A stretch of 64,000 bases of DNA from Thiohalobacter sp. (GTDB taxonomy: Bacteria; Pseudomonadota; Gammaproteobacteria; Thiohalobacterales; Thiohalobacteraceae). A program made the position numbers and the translations under genes. The stretch is from NCBI RefSeq assembly GCF_027000115.1, contig NZ_JALTON010000016.1:2118-66117 (forward strand), written 5' to 3'. Positions within the stretch are counted from its first letter, which is position 1, and each line of letters starts with the position of its first letter. Below are positions 1-9,160 of this stretch, piece by piece. The notes under the pieces are model-generated. The model was not told the origin of the DNA, did not search any database, and saw nothing but the letters and a program-made list of their open reading frames with translations.

Positions 1-936
<936 letters not shown>

Positions 937-960
937 TGTTTTCGGTTACCAAGAGATCAG

Positions 961-1474
961 GAGCGCCACGGAATACACGGAAGGCACGGAAAATACGGAT
1001 TGTTTCAGCATACCACCCGCTTGATCGTAACCTTCGGATAACAGAAATTGAGCAGCAGGCCCACCTGTTTTCCGCTTGCGCGCAGATAGTTCAACAACTG
1101 CGAAGTATGGGCCGGGGAAAGCGCCGGCTGGGCCTTGAGTTCGAGAATGATCCTGTCCTCGACCACCAGATCAGCCAGATACTCGCCCACCCTTTCGCCC
1201 TTGTACTCGATCTTCAGGGCTACCTGCGCTTCCGCTCGATAGCCCCGCAGGCGCAGTTCCCGCAACAGCGCCCGCTCATAAACCTTCTCCAGGAACCCGG
1301 CACCCAACTGACGGTAGACCTCGTACGCTGCACCGCGTATGCCATAGGTCAGGTCCTCTTCCAGCAACATCCGCATTCCTCCCTGAATGCATCAGTCCCT
1401 TGCCACATCCTGCGGACTCCAGGCCCGAAAACAACATTCCCCCTTCCGTGTTCTCCGTGTCGTCCGTGGCGCTC
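961..1474. mobile_element. MITE-like cassette: imperfect inverted repeats bracketing the GxxExxY gene
   Basis: 961-999 is gagcgccacggaatacacggaaggcacggaaaatacgga. The reverse complement of 1442-1474 is gagcgccacggacgacacggagaacacggaagg. The same arm type (GAGCGCCAC + CACGGA-like heptads) bounds the elements at 39511, 42292, 57240 and 61375. Confidence 0.5.
1005..1376 (-). CDS. GxxExxY family protein (small PD-(D/E)XK-like protein family often found in rRNA intervening sequences and repeat cassettes)
   Basis: 123 aa: ...YGIRGAAYEVYRQLGAGFLEKVYERALLRELRLRGY...ADLVVEDRIILELKA. GFLEKVY matches the eponymous GxxExxY motif. Confidence 0.8.
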   Translation of the reverse strand: MRMLLEEDLTYGIRGAAYEVYRQLGAGFLEKVYERALLRELRLRGYRAEAQVALKIEYKGERVGEYLADLVVEDRIILELKAQPALSPAHTSQLLNYLRASGKQVGLLLNFCYPKVTIKRVVC

Positions 1475-1482
1475 TTCGAATT

Positions 1483-1953
1483 TCAATCAATCACGAACAA
1501 CGGCTGCCCGAACTCCACCGGCTGGCCGTTCTCGGCCAGGATGGCGACGACCGTGCCCGCCTTGTCGGCTTCGATCTGGTTGAGCATCTTCATGGCCTCG
1601 ATGATGCACAGGGTGTCGCCGGCGTTGACGTGTTGACCGACCTCGACGAAGGGCTTGGCGCCAGGCGAGGGAGCGCGGTAGAAGGTGCCCACCATGGGCG
1701 AGGTCACCTGATGACCCGGCGGAATGTCGGCGCCCGACTCGGTCGCGGGTTCGGCGGCGGCCGGCGCGGCCGATGCGGGTGCGGACGCCGGTGCCGCCGC
1801 CGGTATCGGCGCCGGCGCGGCCACCACGGCCGGTCCAGGCGCCGAGGCATGCCGGCTGATGCGCACCGACTCCTCGCCCTCGTGGATCTCGATCTCCGCG
1901 ATGCCGGATTCCTCCAGCAGTTCGATCAGCTTCTTGACTTTGCGTATATCCAT
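1483..1953 (-). CDS. accB: biotin carboxyl carrier protein of acetyl-CoA carboxylase
   Basis: 156 aa with an Ala/Pro-rich linker and a biotinyl domain, ...[22 protein letters not shown]..., containing the EAMKM biotinylation motif. Confidence 0.95.
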   Translation of the reverse strand: MDIRKVKKLIELLEESGIAEIEIHEGEESVRISRHASAPGPAVVAAPAPIPAAAPASAPASAAPAAAEPATESGADIPPGHQVTSPMVGTFYRAPSPGAKPFVEVGQHVNAGDTLCIIEAMKMLNQIEADKAGTVVAILAENGQPVEFGQPLFVID

Positions 1954-1959
1954 GATGTG

Positions 1960-2412
1960 TTACCCGGCGGGCTCACTTGAAAGGTGTTCCACCGCGGCGC
2001 GCAGGGCCAGCGCGTAGCCCAGGGCGCCCAGGCCGCTGATCACGCCCGCCGCGATGTCGGAGAAATAGGACCGCTGCCGGAAGGCTTCGCGGGCATGGAC
2101 ATTGGACAGGTGCACCTCGATGAAGGGGATCTCCACCGCTGTCAGGGCGTCCCGCAGGGCCACGCTGGTATGGGTGAAGGCCGCCGGATTGAATACGATG
2201 AACCCCACCCCTTCCTCGCGGGCGGCATGGATGCGCTCCACCAGTTCGTGCTCGGCGTTGGACTGGAAGCCGCGCACCTCCGCCCCAAGCTCCGCGCCCA
2301 GGGTTTCGAGGCGCGCCATGATGGCCGCCAGGGTCTCGGAGCCATAGTGGCCGGGCTCCCGGACGCCCAGGAGATTCAGATTGGGGCCGTGCAAGACGAG
2401 TATCTGGTGCAT
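1960..2412 (-). CDS. aroQ: type II 3-dehydroquinate dehydratase
   Basis: 150 aa: [24 protein letters not shown]...[19 protein letters not shown]...[15 protein letters not shown]. Canonical aroQ-accB order. Confidence 0.95.
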   Translation of the reverse strand: MHQILVLHGPNLNLLGVREPGHYGSETLAAIMARLETLGAELGAEVRGFQSNAEHELVERIHAAREEGVGFIVFNPAAFTHTSVALRDALTAVEIPFIEVHLSNVHAREAFRQRSYFSDIAAGVISGLGALGYALALRAAVEHLSSEPAG

Positions 2413-2540
2413 GACAGCAGCTTCGCACCTGTTCCAGGTGATTTCGTGGCAGATCGCCGCCGGAATGCGGAAATCACGATGAGTGGATTATGCCCCAGCC
2501 GCCGCCGGATTGCCATGATCCCGCGCGAAAAAATGCCCGC

Positions 2541-2577
2541 CCTTGTATCTTGCATCTTGCCGCTTGTATCTTGATAC
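2541..2577 (+). repeat. short-period pyrimidine-rich leader block (CTTGTATCTTGCATCTTG type)
   Basis: ccttgtatcttgcatcttgccgcttgtatcttgatac lies just upstream of the 2605 start. A near copy lies at 51322-51358, upstream of the 51364 start. Confidence 0.6.
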
Positions 2578-2604
2578 CCGGAAATTCCCGCAAGGAGCGT
2601 AAAG

Positions 2605-3177
2605 ATGTCGACGACCGCGGAAGAGAGTCTGCTACACCGCCACCGGCTGGATGTGGACGCCTATTACCGCATGGCCGAGGCCGGCATTCTCGGGCCGGAC
2701 GCCCGGGTGGAACTGATCGAGGGAGAGATCATCGACATGGCACCGATAGGGAGCAGACACGCTGCGGCCGTGAGCCGGCTGGCCCACCTTCTACACCAGA
2801 AAATTGGCCAGCAGGTCATCGTGTGGACCCAAAACCCCCTCCGTCTGGACGAATATTCCGAACCCGAACCCGACCTCGCCCTGCTGCGACCGCAGGAAGA
2901 CTTCTACAAGTCCGCACATCCGAGCCCCAGGGACGTCCTCCTGGTCATCGAAGTGGCAGAATCATCCCTGCGCTACGACCGCGAAATCAAGATCCCCCTC
3001 TACGCCCGCCACGGCATCCCCGAGGCCTGGCTGGTGGATGTCGAGAACGAAGCGCTCACCCTGTTCCGCGAGCCCTCCGAATCCGGCTACCGGCAGGAGA
3101 TCCACCCCGACACCTTCACGGCCATCACCCCCGCCACCCTGCCTGCCCTCGCCCTCGACCTGAGCGGCCTCTTCTGA
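2605..3177 (+). CDS. Uma2 family (DUF820) putative endonuclease
   Basis: 190 aa: ...YYRMAEAGILGPDARVELIEGEIIDMAPIGSRHA...EPDLALL...LVIEVAESSLRYDREIKIPLYARHGIPEAWLVD, the typical Uma2 layout. Confidence 0.75.
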   Translation: MSTTAEESLLHRHRLDVDAYYRMAEAGILGPDARVELIEGEIIDMAPIGSRHAAAVSRLAHLLHQKIGQQVIVWTQNPLRLDEYSEPEPDLALLRPQEDFYKSAHPSPRDVLLVIEVAESSLRYDREIKIPLYARHGIPEAWLVDVENEALTLFREPSESGYRQEIHPDTFTAITPATLPALALDLSGLF

Positions 3178-3375
3178 ACGACAGCGCCCGAACCCGTCGG
3201 ATACGCACCGCGCACCACGGCAACGCCAAGCGGCGCGACGGCGGGCGGTGCCCGCCCTGCGGGATTCAGGGGTGGTACTGGAGCTGCGCGCCGATGCCGG
3301 CCACCGGACTGCCCGCGGCATCCACGGACTTCACCAGGCGCCGCGAACAATCCGTGATATCGGACCTGGATCCCT

Positions 3376-4053
3376 TCAGGCTGGCGCGCGCCCCCGCCGG
3401 GCCAGACCCATCAGGCCGACCAGCCCGGAACCGAACAGCCAGACGGCTGCGGGGACGGGCACGGGCGTGGCGTAGAAATCGAACGACACGTTGAGCCCCT
3501 GGAAGATGAAAGCATCCTGCACCGCACCACCCGGCTGCCCATCCCCATCCCAGTCGGTACTGGTATAAGTCGTGCACGAGTAGACCCACGGGAGATTGGC
3601 ACAACCGTAAGTAACATCCCAGACATTGACGACACCAAAGGGATAACTGATACCGCTGTCGCTCCAGTCAAACAACATGCCCCCGCCCACCTGGCCGGGT
3701 CCGACGGTAAAGGTATAGGCATAGGTTGCCGGCCCCGCATCCGATCCCGTACCGACATAGGTCCAGGTGTGGGTCCCCTCGCCAAACAGGGTCAAGGTCG
3801 CAGACATGTTGTTGTCGAGCAGAACCTGATCCCACACGCTCAGGTTGCCGGTCCCCAACAGTTCGTCTATTTCTCCGAACGTCGTCGCGCAGGGACCGCC
3901 GCCATCGGTGACGAAATTCTGCGTAGTTCCGGAGCTATCGATAAAACACAGACTCCCATCCAGTGCCAGCGGGGGGCGCACATTGAGCGCGAACACCTGC
4001 CCCGAACCCAGCAGGGCTGCGAGGCCCCACACCAAACACCGCTTTCTTCCCAT
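3376..4053 (-). CDS. secreted protein with exosortase-type C-terminal sorting tag (VPLPA/PEP-CTERM class)
   Basis: Start moved to the ATG at 4053, which has AAGGAG upstream. Signal peptide MGRKRCLVWGLAALLGSGQVFA. C-terminus TPVPVPAAVWLFGSGLVGLMGLARRGRAPA (motif + TM helix + Arg cluster). Confidence 0.8.
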   Translation of the reverse strand: MGRKRCLVWGLAALLGSGQVFALNVRPPLALDGSLCFIDSSGTTQNFVTDGGGPCATTFGEIDELLGTGNLSVWDQVLLDNNMSATLTLFGEGTHTWTYVGTGSDAGPATYAYTFTVGPGQVGGGMLFDWSDSGISYPFGVVNVWDVTYGCANLPWVYSCTTYTSTDWDGDGQPGGAVQDAFIFQGLNVSFDFYATPVPVPAAVWLFGSGLVGLMGLARRGRAPA

Positions 4054-4123
4054 GGTTACGCTCCTTGTTTTTCGAAAGGAAATCCGGCCCGCCTTTTCCA
4101 CGCCGGCGGGCCGGCAGACGTCC

Positions 4124-4717
4124 TCAGTGGCCCCGCCGGGCCAGACCCATCAGGCCGACCAGCCCGGAACCGAACAGCCAGACGGCCGCGGGCAGGGGCA
4201 CGAAGGCCTCCGGCGTCACCGCAACCGTCATCGAGAATCCAACCGTGGTCCCGCCAAAGGGGCCGCTCGCCTGCTCGCTGGTGAGAAAAACATCCCAGCT
4301 CGTGGCGCTGACCTGGGTCAGGGTTGCCGTGCCTCCCATGTAGAACTCCTCACCATTGAAGTTCCCATAGAGACCGCCAAAGTCCGCCGTCCCGTTGGCA
4401 AAATCCAGGCTCGGCAACGGATGGCTGCCGCCATCCACGCCGGTCTGCGCAAAATAGAAGTCGAGCGGATTGCCCAGGAAGCTCCCCTGCGCAAGACCGG
4501 CATAGGTCGCAGAGGCATCGGTCGCAATCGTCGCCGCGCTGCCGGTGAAGGCCTCGGGCAAGGGACCGTTGCCGGTCAGGCTGACGCCACCGCCAACCAC
4601 GTCAACAACCGAAAAGCTGCCGGAATCCACCCAGGTGAGGGCCGCCGCGCGGGCGAGGCCGGCTGTCGCCATCAGGGCGACGAAGGTCAGGGTACAAATC
4701 CAGTTTCTGCGGTTCAT
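4124..4717 (-). CDS. secreted protein with exosortase-type C-terminal sorting tag
   Basis: Start at the ATG at 4717, with GAGGAG upstream. Signal peptide MNRRNWICTLTFVALMATAGLARAAA. C-terminus FVPLPAAVWLFGSGLVGLMGLARRGH. Confidence 0.8.
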   Translation of the reverse strand: MNRRNWICTLTFVALMATAGLARAAALTWVDSGSFSVVDVVGGGVSLTGNGPLPEAFTGSAATIATDASATYAGLAQGSFLGNPLDFYFAQTGVDGGSHPLPSLDFANGTADFGGLYGNFNGEEFYMGGTATLTQVSATSWDVFLTSEQASGPFGGTTVGFSMTVAVTPEAFVPLPAAVWLFGSGLVGLMGLARRGH

Positions 4718-4867
4718 CCTTGTTTCTCCTCTGTCATGGTTATGGCAACGGGTTCCTCCGAACCACACGAACCCTTCGATCCGCGGCGGTCGCTGTCATT
4801 CGCACCGACAGACACCGACACAACCGGAGTCCGCCCTGCTCCCGGACGGAAACAGGGCGGACGCACC

Positions 4868-5773
4868 TCACTCGATCACCGCCGTGATACCCGGCAGCGG
4901 GTTGCCGGCGCCGTCCACCGCACGCACTTCCACCACCTGCAGGCCGCTGAGACCGCCGGCGACATAGAATTTGAAATCGTTCAGGTCCTGCAGGGGCTGC
5001 GTGCCGGCCGGCGTGAGCAGCACACGCAATCGCGTGCCGTCGTCGCGCCACAGCAGGCTCTTGAGGTCCCCCCTCGGGTTCACCACCCAGGCCCTGCCCT
5101 GCCCGCCGTTGTCCGCATCCGGATCGTGCAGGCATTCCACCTGAATGGCATGGGGCACGACCGATCCCGAAAAACGCACCGTGTAATGGGGCACCCGCGC
5201 CAGGCCGGCGAGCTGTTCGGGGGTCAGCGGCCCGTTGAGTTCGGCCTCGAAGTCCTCGGGCTGACCGGTGCCCGCAATCACCAGAAGCTCCGCCGTGACG
5301 GACTCGCCCGCCGGATTGCTGACCTCGACCCGGGTATTCCCGGCCGGCAGCCATGCGGGCAGATCCACGAACACCACCGTCTGCCACCAGTCGCCGTCAC
5401 CCCCGCTGAAACCCTCTTCGATCGCGGTACCATAGCTCCGGGCGGCGGGCGTCAGATCCTGGTCGATGCCGGCAGAGACGCGCAGGCTGGACAGGGGATC
5501 GGGATAGAGATTGAACACGGCGCGAATGGCCGGATCGCCCGGCGGGATCACCACCGGCGCACCGGCCGAGGGCGTAATGGTGACGGTGACCGTGTCCCGG
5601 GAAAAACCCAGCCGGCGGCCGGCGGCCAGGGTCACGGTGTCGCCGGCCCGGCTCACCGCCGGGTAGGTCTGAACGCCCGAACAGCCACCGAGTCCGGCAA
5701 GCGCCACCAATAAAAGCAACATGCCGACACACCGCGAGACACCCGCCATCATGTCCAGGCAACCCTTCATCAT
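4868..5773 (-). CDS. lipoprotein of unknown function
   Basis: 301 aa with lipobox LLLLVALAGLGGCSG. Its start overlaps the stop of the upstream S8 peptidase gene (ATGATGA overlap at 5768-5773). Confidence 0.6.
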   Translation of the reverse strand: MMKGCLDMMAGVSRCVGMLLLLVALAGLGGCSGVQTYPAVSRAGDTVTLAAGRRLGFSRDTVTVTITPSAGAPVVIPPGDPAIRAVFNLYPDPLSSLRVSAGIDQDLTPAARSYGTAIEEGFSGGDGDWWQTVVFVDLPAWLPAGNTRVEVSNPAGESVTAELLVIAGTGQPEDFEAELNGPLTPEQLAGLARVPHYTVRFSGSVVPHAIQVECLHDPDADNGGQGRAWVVNPRGDLKSLLWRDDGTRLRVLLTPAGTQPLQDLNDFKFYVAGGLSGLQVVEVRAVDGAGNPLPGITAVIE

Positions 5774-7905
5774 TGGCCCAACCTCTGCTGAATCAGTACC
5801 AGGTCCGACAGATCGATCACACCGTCCGGCGCGCCCGGAGGATAAAGATCGCCATGACTCAGATCCAGCGCAGCGGCCGCACGCTCGCCCAGCACCAGTT
5901 GCCGGGCCAGCAACAGGTCACCGGCATCCAGTACCCCGTCCGGGGCGCCCGGCGGCGCCAGATCGCCATCGGCATAATTGAACAGGAGCGGGACGGGATC
6001 GCTGCCGTCGGGAAGCCCGTCGCCATCGGTATCGCCAGACAGTGGATCCAGATCCGCCCCGGGGTTGTAGGCCGGATCCCCGTCCCATGCGAGCTCGGCC
6101 GCATCACTCAATCCGTCGCCATCAGTGTCGGCGAGCACCGGCGAGAGGTCCTGACCCGCCACATAGCCCGTCGCATCGCCATCGAAGGCCACCTCGAAGT
6201 AGTCGTCGAGGCCGTCTCCGTCGCTGTCCAGAACCAGCGGGTTGCTGCCAATGGCCAGCTCCAGCACATCGGACAGGCCGTCGTTGTCATCGTCCCCGTC
6301 ACAGGCATCGCCGGCGAGATCGCCGTCGGTATCGACCTGGGCGGCGTTGGCGATCAAGGGACAATTGTCGGTGTCGTGGTTCCAGCCATCGCCGTCGGCA
6401 TCCAGGCTGAGCCGCCCCTGACCGGTGCGGTAATCGAAACCCGCGCCGGCCACGTCCTCCGCCGTTGCCGTCAACTCGGCGCGCAGGCTGGCAACCGACC
6501 AGCCGGGATTACGGGCCAGCAGCAGGGCCGCGCCCCCGGCCACGTGGGGAGAAGCCGCCGAAGTGCCGGCAAAGCTGCCGCTGAGCGAGGTCTGCACCCG
6601 GTCGGTGCCCGCGATCTCCGGCTTGGCCCGGCCATCGGTGGTCGGCCCTTCCGAGCTGAAGCCTTCCGCCCCGTCGCTGAGGTTGACCGCGCCCACCGCG
6701 ATCACGCTCGCGCAATCGGCGGGCTGCACCAGGCTGCTGGCCTGGACACGGGTATCAAGGCTCGGCCCCAGGGAAAACAGGCTCAGCGGCACATCCGCCG
6801 TGCTGGCAGAGCGCTTGGTCACCACCAGGTAATAGGTCCCGGCGGTGGCGGCCGTGAAGTCGATGGCCTCGTAGGGGACACTGGAAGGCGTCCCCCGCTG
6901 CCGATTGGTCGAACTGGCCACCAGATTGCCGCCGGCATCGGGATCGCCGTCGTAAAGATGGAGATCGTAGTCGATGCCGGTAACCGGATAGGCATCCCAG
7001 TTCAGCACCAGAGTCACCGCCTGCCCCGCGTTGAGGCTGAGGCTGTTCCAGTTCTGGCCGGATGAAAACTCGTGACGGAGATCGCCGTCGGCATCACTGA
7101 ACTGGCCCAGCCAGTGCTTGGTGCGCGAGTTGCCGGCCGCGTTGACCCACAACGCACCGCCCTGTTCCGCCGTGTCCGTGATCCCGCACAATGGCCCGGT
7201 TCCGTCATAGAAGGCCGCGCCGTACCAGGCCACCGAGTGGTTGATGATCCGAACACCCGCGGCCAGCATGTCGTTCACCGCCTGACTCAGTTCCAGGTCG
7301 GTGCTGACCTTTGCCAGGTAGAACTGCGCACCCGGCGCCATGTCGTACAGGATTTCGGCCACCTGGGTTCCGTGAGTGGTGCCGCCGTTGCCCGTGCCCG
7401 TGTAGTCGGTGATGACCAGGTTGGCAGGCAGGTCGCCGGAGGCCTGCGATGCGGCCAGGCTGGCAAAACCGAGATCGATGACGCCAATCCTCACCCCGCC
7501 GCCATCGACACCCAGGGCGTGAAAATCGGCAGCACCCTGGATGGCCACCCCCTGACTGGTCACCGCCAGCGGCTCGTGGGGAAAGGGCAGGCGCACGCGG
7601 GTGTCCGGCGGCAGCACGGCCAGCAGGCGGGACAGGGCGCCGGCCGGGACCTCAAGCTGCCGGCTCCGCTCCGAGGAAAAGCGCAACCGCCCACCCTGCG
7701 CCTCGATCAAATTCCGCACCGACGCCGGCAGGACACCCCCCTCGAGAATGACCTTGACGCGGGCCGTCGCAGTCCGGGCATCCCCGGCCAACCGATCCAG
7801 CCTATGCGCGAGCCGCGCCTCGAGTTGGGCGGCGTGCGCGGATAAGGACGGCAGGAGCAAGGTACAGACCCCGAACAACAGCCATGCCGTGCGCCACCAT
7901 GCCAT
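5770..7905 (-). CDS. S8 (subtilisin) family serine peptidase with thrombospondin type-3-like Asp-rich repeats and a dockerin-like C-terminus
   Basis: Start taken at MAWWRTAWLLFGVCTLLLPSLSAHA (7905), because the upstream part of the ORF overlaps the neighbouring gene. Triad motifs: GVRIGVIDLGF, GGTTHGTQVAEI, GTSAASPHVAGGAALL. Followed by DADGDGWNHDTDNCP...DTDGDLAGDACDGDDDNDGLSD repeats and DLYPPGAPDGVIDLSDLVLIQQRL. Confidence 0.85.
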   Translation of the reverse strand: MAWWRTAWLLFGVCTLLLPSLSAHAAQLEARLAHRLDRLAGDARTATARVKVILEGGVLPASVRNLIEAQGGRLRFSSERSRQLEVPAGALSRLLAVLPPDTRVRLPFPHEPLAVTSQGVAIQGAADFHALGVDGGGVRIGVIDLGFASLAASQASGDLPANLVITDYTGTGNGGTTHGTQVAEILYDMAPGAQFYLAKVSTDLELSQAVNDMLAAGVRIINHSVAWYGAAFYDGTGPLCGITDTAEQGGALWVNAAGNSRTKHWLGQFSDADGDLRHEFSSGQNWNSLSLNAGQAVTLVLNWDAYPVTGIDYDLHLYDGDPDAGGNLVASSTNRQRGTPSSVPYEAIDFTAATAGTYYLVVTKRSASTADVPLSLFSLGPSLDTRVQASSLVQPADCASVIAVGAVNLSDGAEGFSSEGPTTDGRAKPEIAGTDRVQTSLSGSFAGTSAASPHVAGGAALLLARNPGWSVASLRAELTATAEDVAGAGFDYRTGQGRLSLDADGDGWNHDTDNCPLIANAAQVDTDGDLAGDACDGDDDNDGLSDVLELAIGSNPLVLDSDGDGLDDYFEVAFDGDATGYVAGQDLSPVLADTDGDGLSDAAELAWDGDPAYNPGADLDPLSGDTDGDGLPDGSDPVPLLFNYADGDLAPPGAPDGVLDAGDLLLARQLVLGERAAAALDLSHGDLYPPGAPDGVIDLSDLVLIQQRLGQ

Positions 7906-7915
7906 CCGCGCCCCC

Positions 7916-9019
7916 TCAGCCGCGGCGGCGCCTCGCCAGGCCAACCAGCCCCGCCAGGCCGGAGCCGAACAGCCAGACCGCCCCCGGAACCGGCACCGGC
8001 GCCACATAGGTCAGGCCATGCAGATTGTAGGCGCCCGTGGTCCTGAAGCGCGTGACCTCGGTGGCCGTATCGGCATCGATGACCGCGACGGCATCACGGC
8101 TCGTTGAAATGGCATCGTAGAAAATGCTGGTGTAGAGATAGCGGCCGTCGGCGCTGATGTCCAGGCCATGGGCACCGATCAGGCCATCAATGGCGGCATA
8201 GCTGACCCCGCCGGTCGTGAGATCATGGCCATGGACCGTGTTGCCGGCGGTACCCGACAGCCACAGGGTGCTGCCATCGGGATCGGCCACCAGTCCCATC
8301 GGCCCCATGCCGCCACCGCCGCCCATGTCGAAGGCACCGGTCGCGGCCAGCGTGGCCACATCGATGACCGATACGGTGTTGTCGTCGTAGTTGGTGACAT
8401 AGGCGGTACTGCCGTCGATGCTGAAGGTCGCCTGGATGGGGCGGCTGCCGACTGCGATATCGGTCTGCACCGCGCCGAGATTGGCGTCGAGCACGGACAC
8501 GACGTTGCGCGCCTCGTCCACCACCCACACCTGGCTGCCGTCCGGCGACACATCGACATCATGGGGGCCGTAGGCCTGACTGGGTCCGCCCCCGAAGTCA
8601 TAACTGGCGGCGATCGAGCCGTCGGTCGTGCTCATCTTGACGACCTGGTCGCTGGTGTTGTTGACCACGTACAGCCACTGGCCGTCGCCGCTGACCGCCA
8701 GATGCGTCGGGGCATAGCCGCCCGTGCCATAGGTGGCCACCAGGCTGTTGGTCAGGGCGTCGATCTTGGCGACCTGACCCGCATCCTTGAGCGTCGCCCA
8801 GACATAGCGGCGATCAGGACTGGCCACCAGGTTGTGCGGCGCGCTGGCCGCTCCCGTGGAAATGGTAGCGACCACCGTGTTGGTGTGGGCATCGATGACC
8901 ACGATATTGTCCGAACCGTCGCCGGCCACGAACACCTTGCCCACCGTGCTGGCCATGGCGGATACGGAAACGGCGGACAGCATGGCCACGCCGATACCGG
9001 CACAGATCCTGCGTTTCAT
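7916..9019 (-). CDS. YVTN-type beta-propeller repeat protein with exosortase-type C-terminal sorting tag
   Basis: Start at MKRRICAGIGVAMLSAVSVSAMA (9019). Repeated ...VVIDAHTNTVVATI / VAKIDALTNSLVATY / VSVLDANLGAV / VSVIDVATLAA blades. C-terminus APVPVPGAVWLFGSGLAGLVGLARRRRG. Confidence 0.85.
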   Translation of the reverse strand: MKRRICAGIGVAMLSAVSVSAMASTVGKVFVAGDGSDNIVVIDAHTNTVVATISTGAASAPHNLVASPDRRYVWATLKDAGQVAKIDALTNSLVATYGTGGYAPTHLAVSGDGQWLYVVNNTSDQVVKMSTTDGSIAASYDFGGGPSQAYGPHDVDVSPDGSQVWVVDEARNVVSVLDANLGAVQTDIAVGSRPIQATFSIDGSTAYVTNYDDNTVSVIDVATLAATGAFDMGGGGGMGPMGLVADPDGSTLWLSGTAGNTVHGHDLTTGGVSYAAIDGLIGAHGLDISADGRYLYTSIFYDAISTSRDAVAVIDADTATEVTRFRTTGAYNLHGLTYVAPVPVPGAVWLFGSGLAGLVGLARRRRG

Positions 9020-9160
9020 ATCTGAATCCTCCTCCACCGAAGTGAAATACCCGGTCGTCCTTCGGCCGCAGCGGGGACGGGACAGCCTCGCCCGGATACA
9101 AAACAGGGCGAAGGAAATACCCCTTCGCCCTGCCCGCAAGCGGAACTCAGGCGCCCCGGA

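Noticed and set aside
961-999. The CACGGA/ACGGA heptad arrays as a CsrA/RsmA-titrating sRNA (multiple ANGGA motifs).
   Set aside because: Each array is paired with an inverted TCCGTG array a short distance away. The GGA motifs would therefore be sequestered in a long hairpin. The arrays behave as terminal inverted repeats of a MITE family, and no promoter/terminator pair typical of Csr sRNAs was seen.
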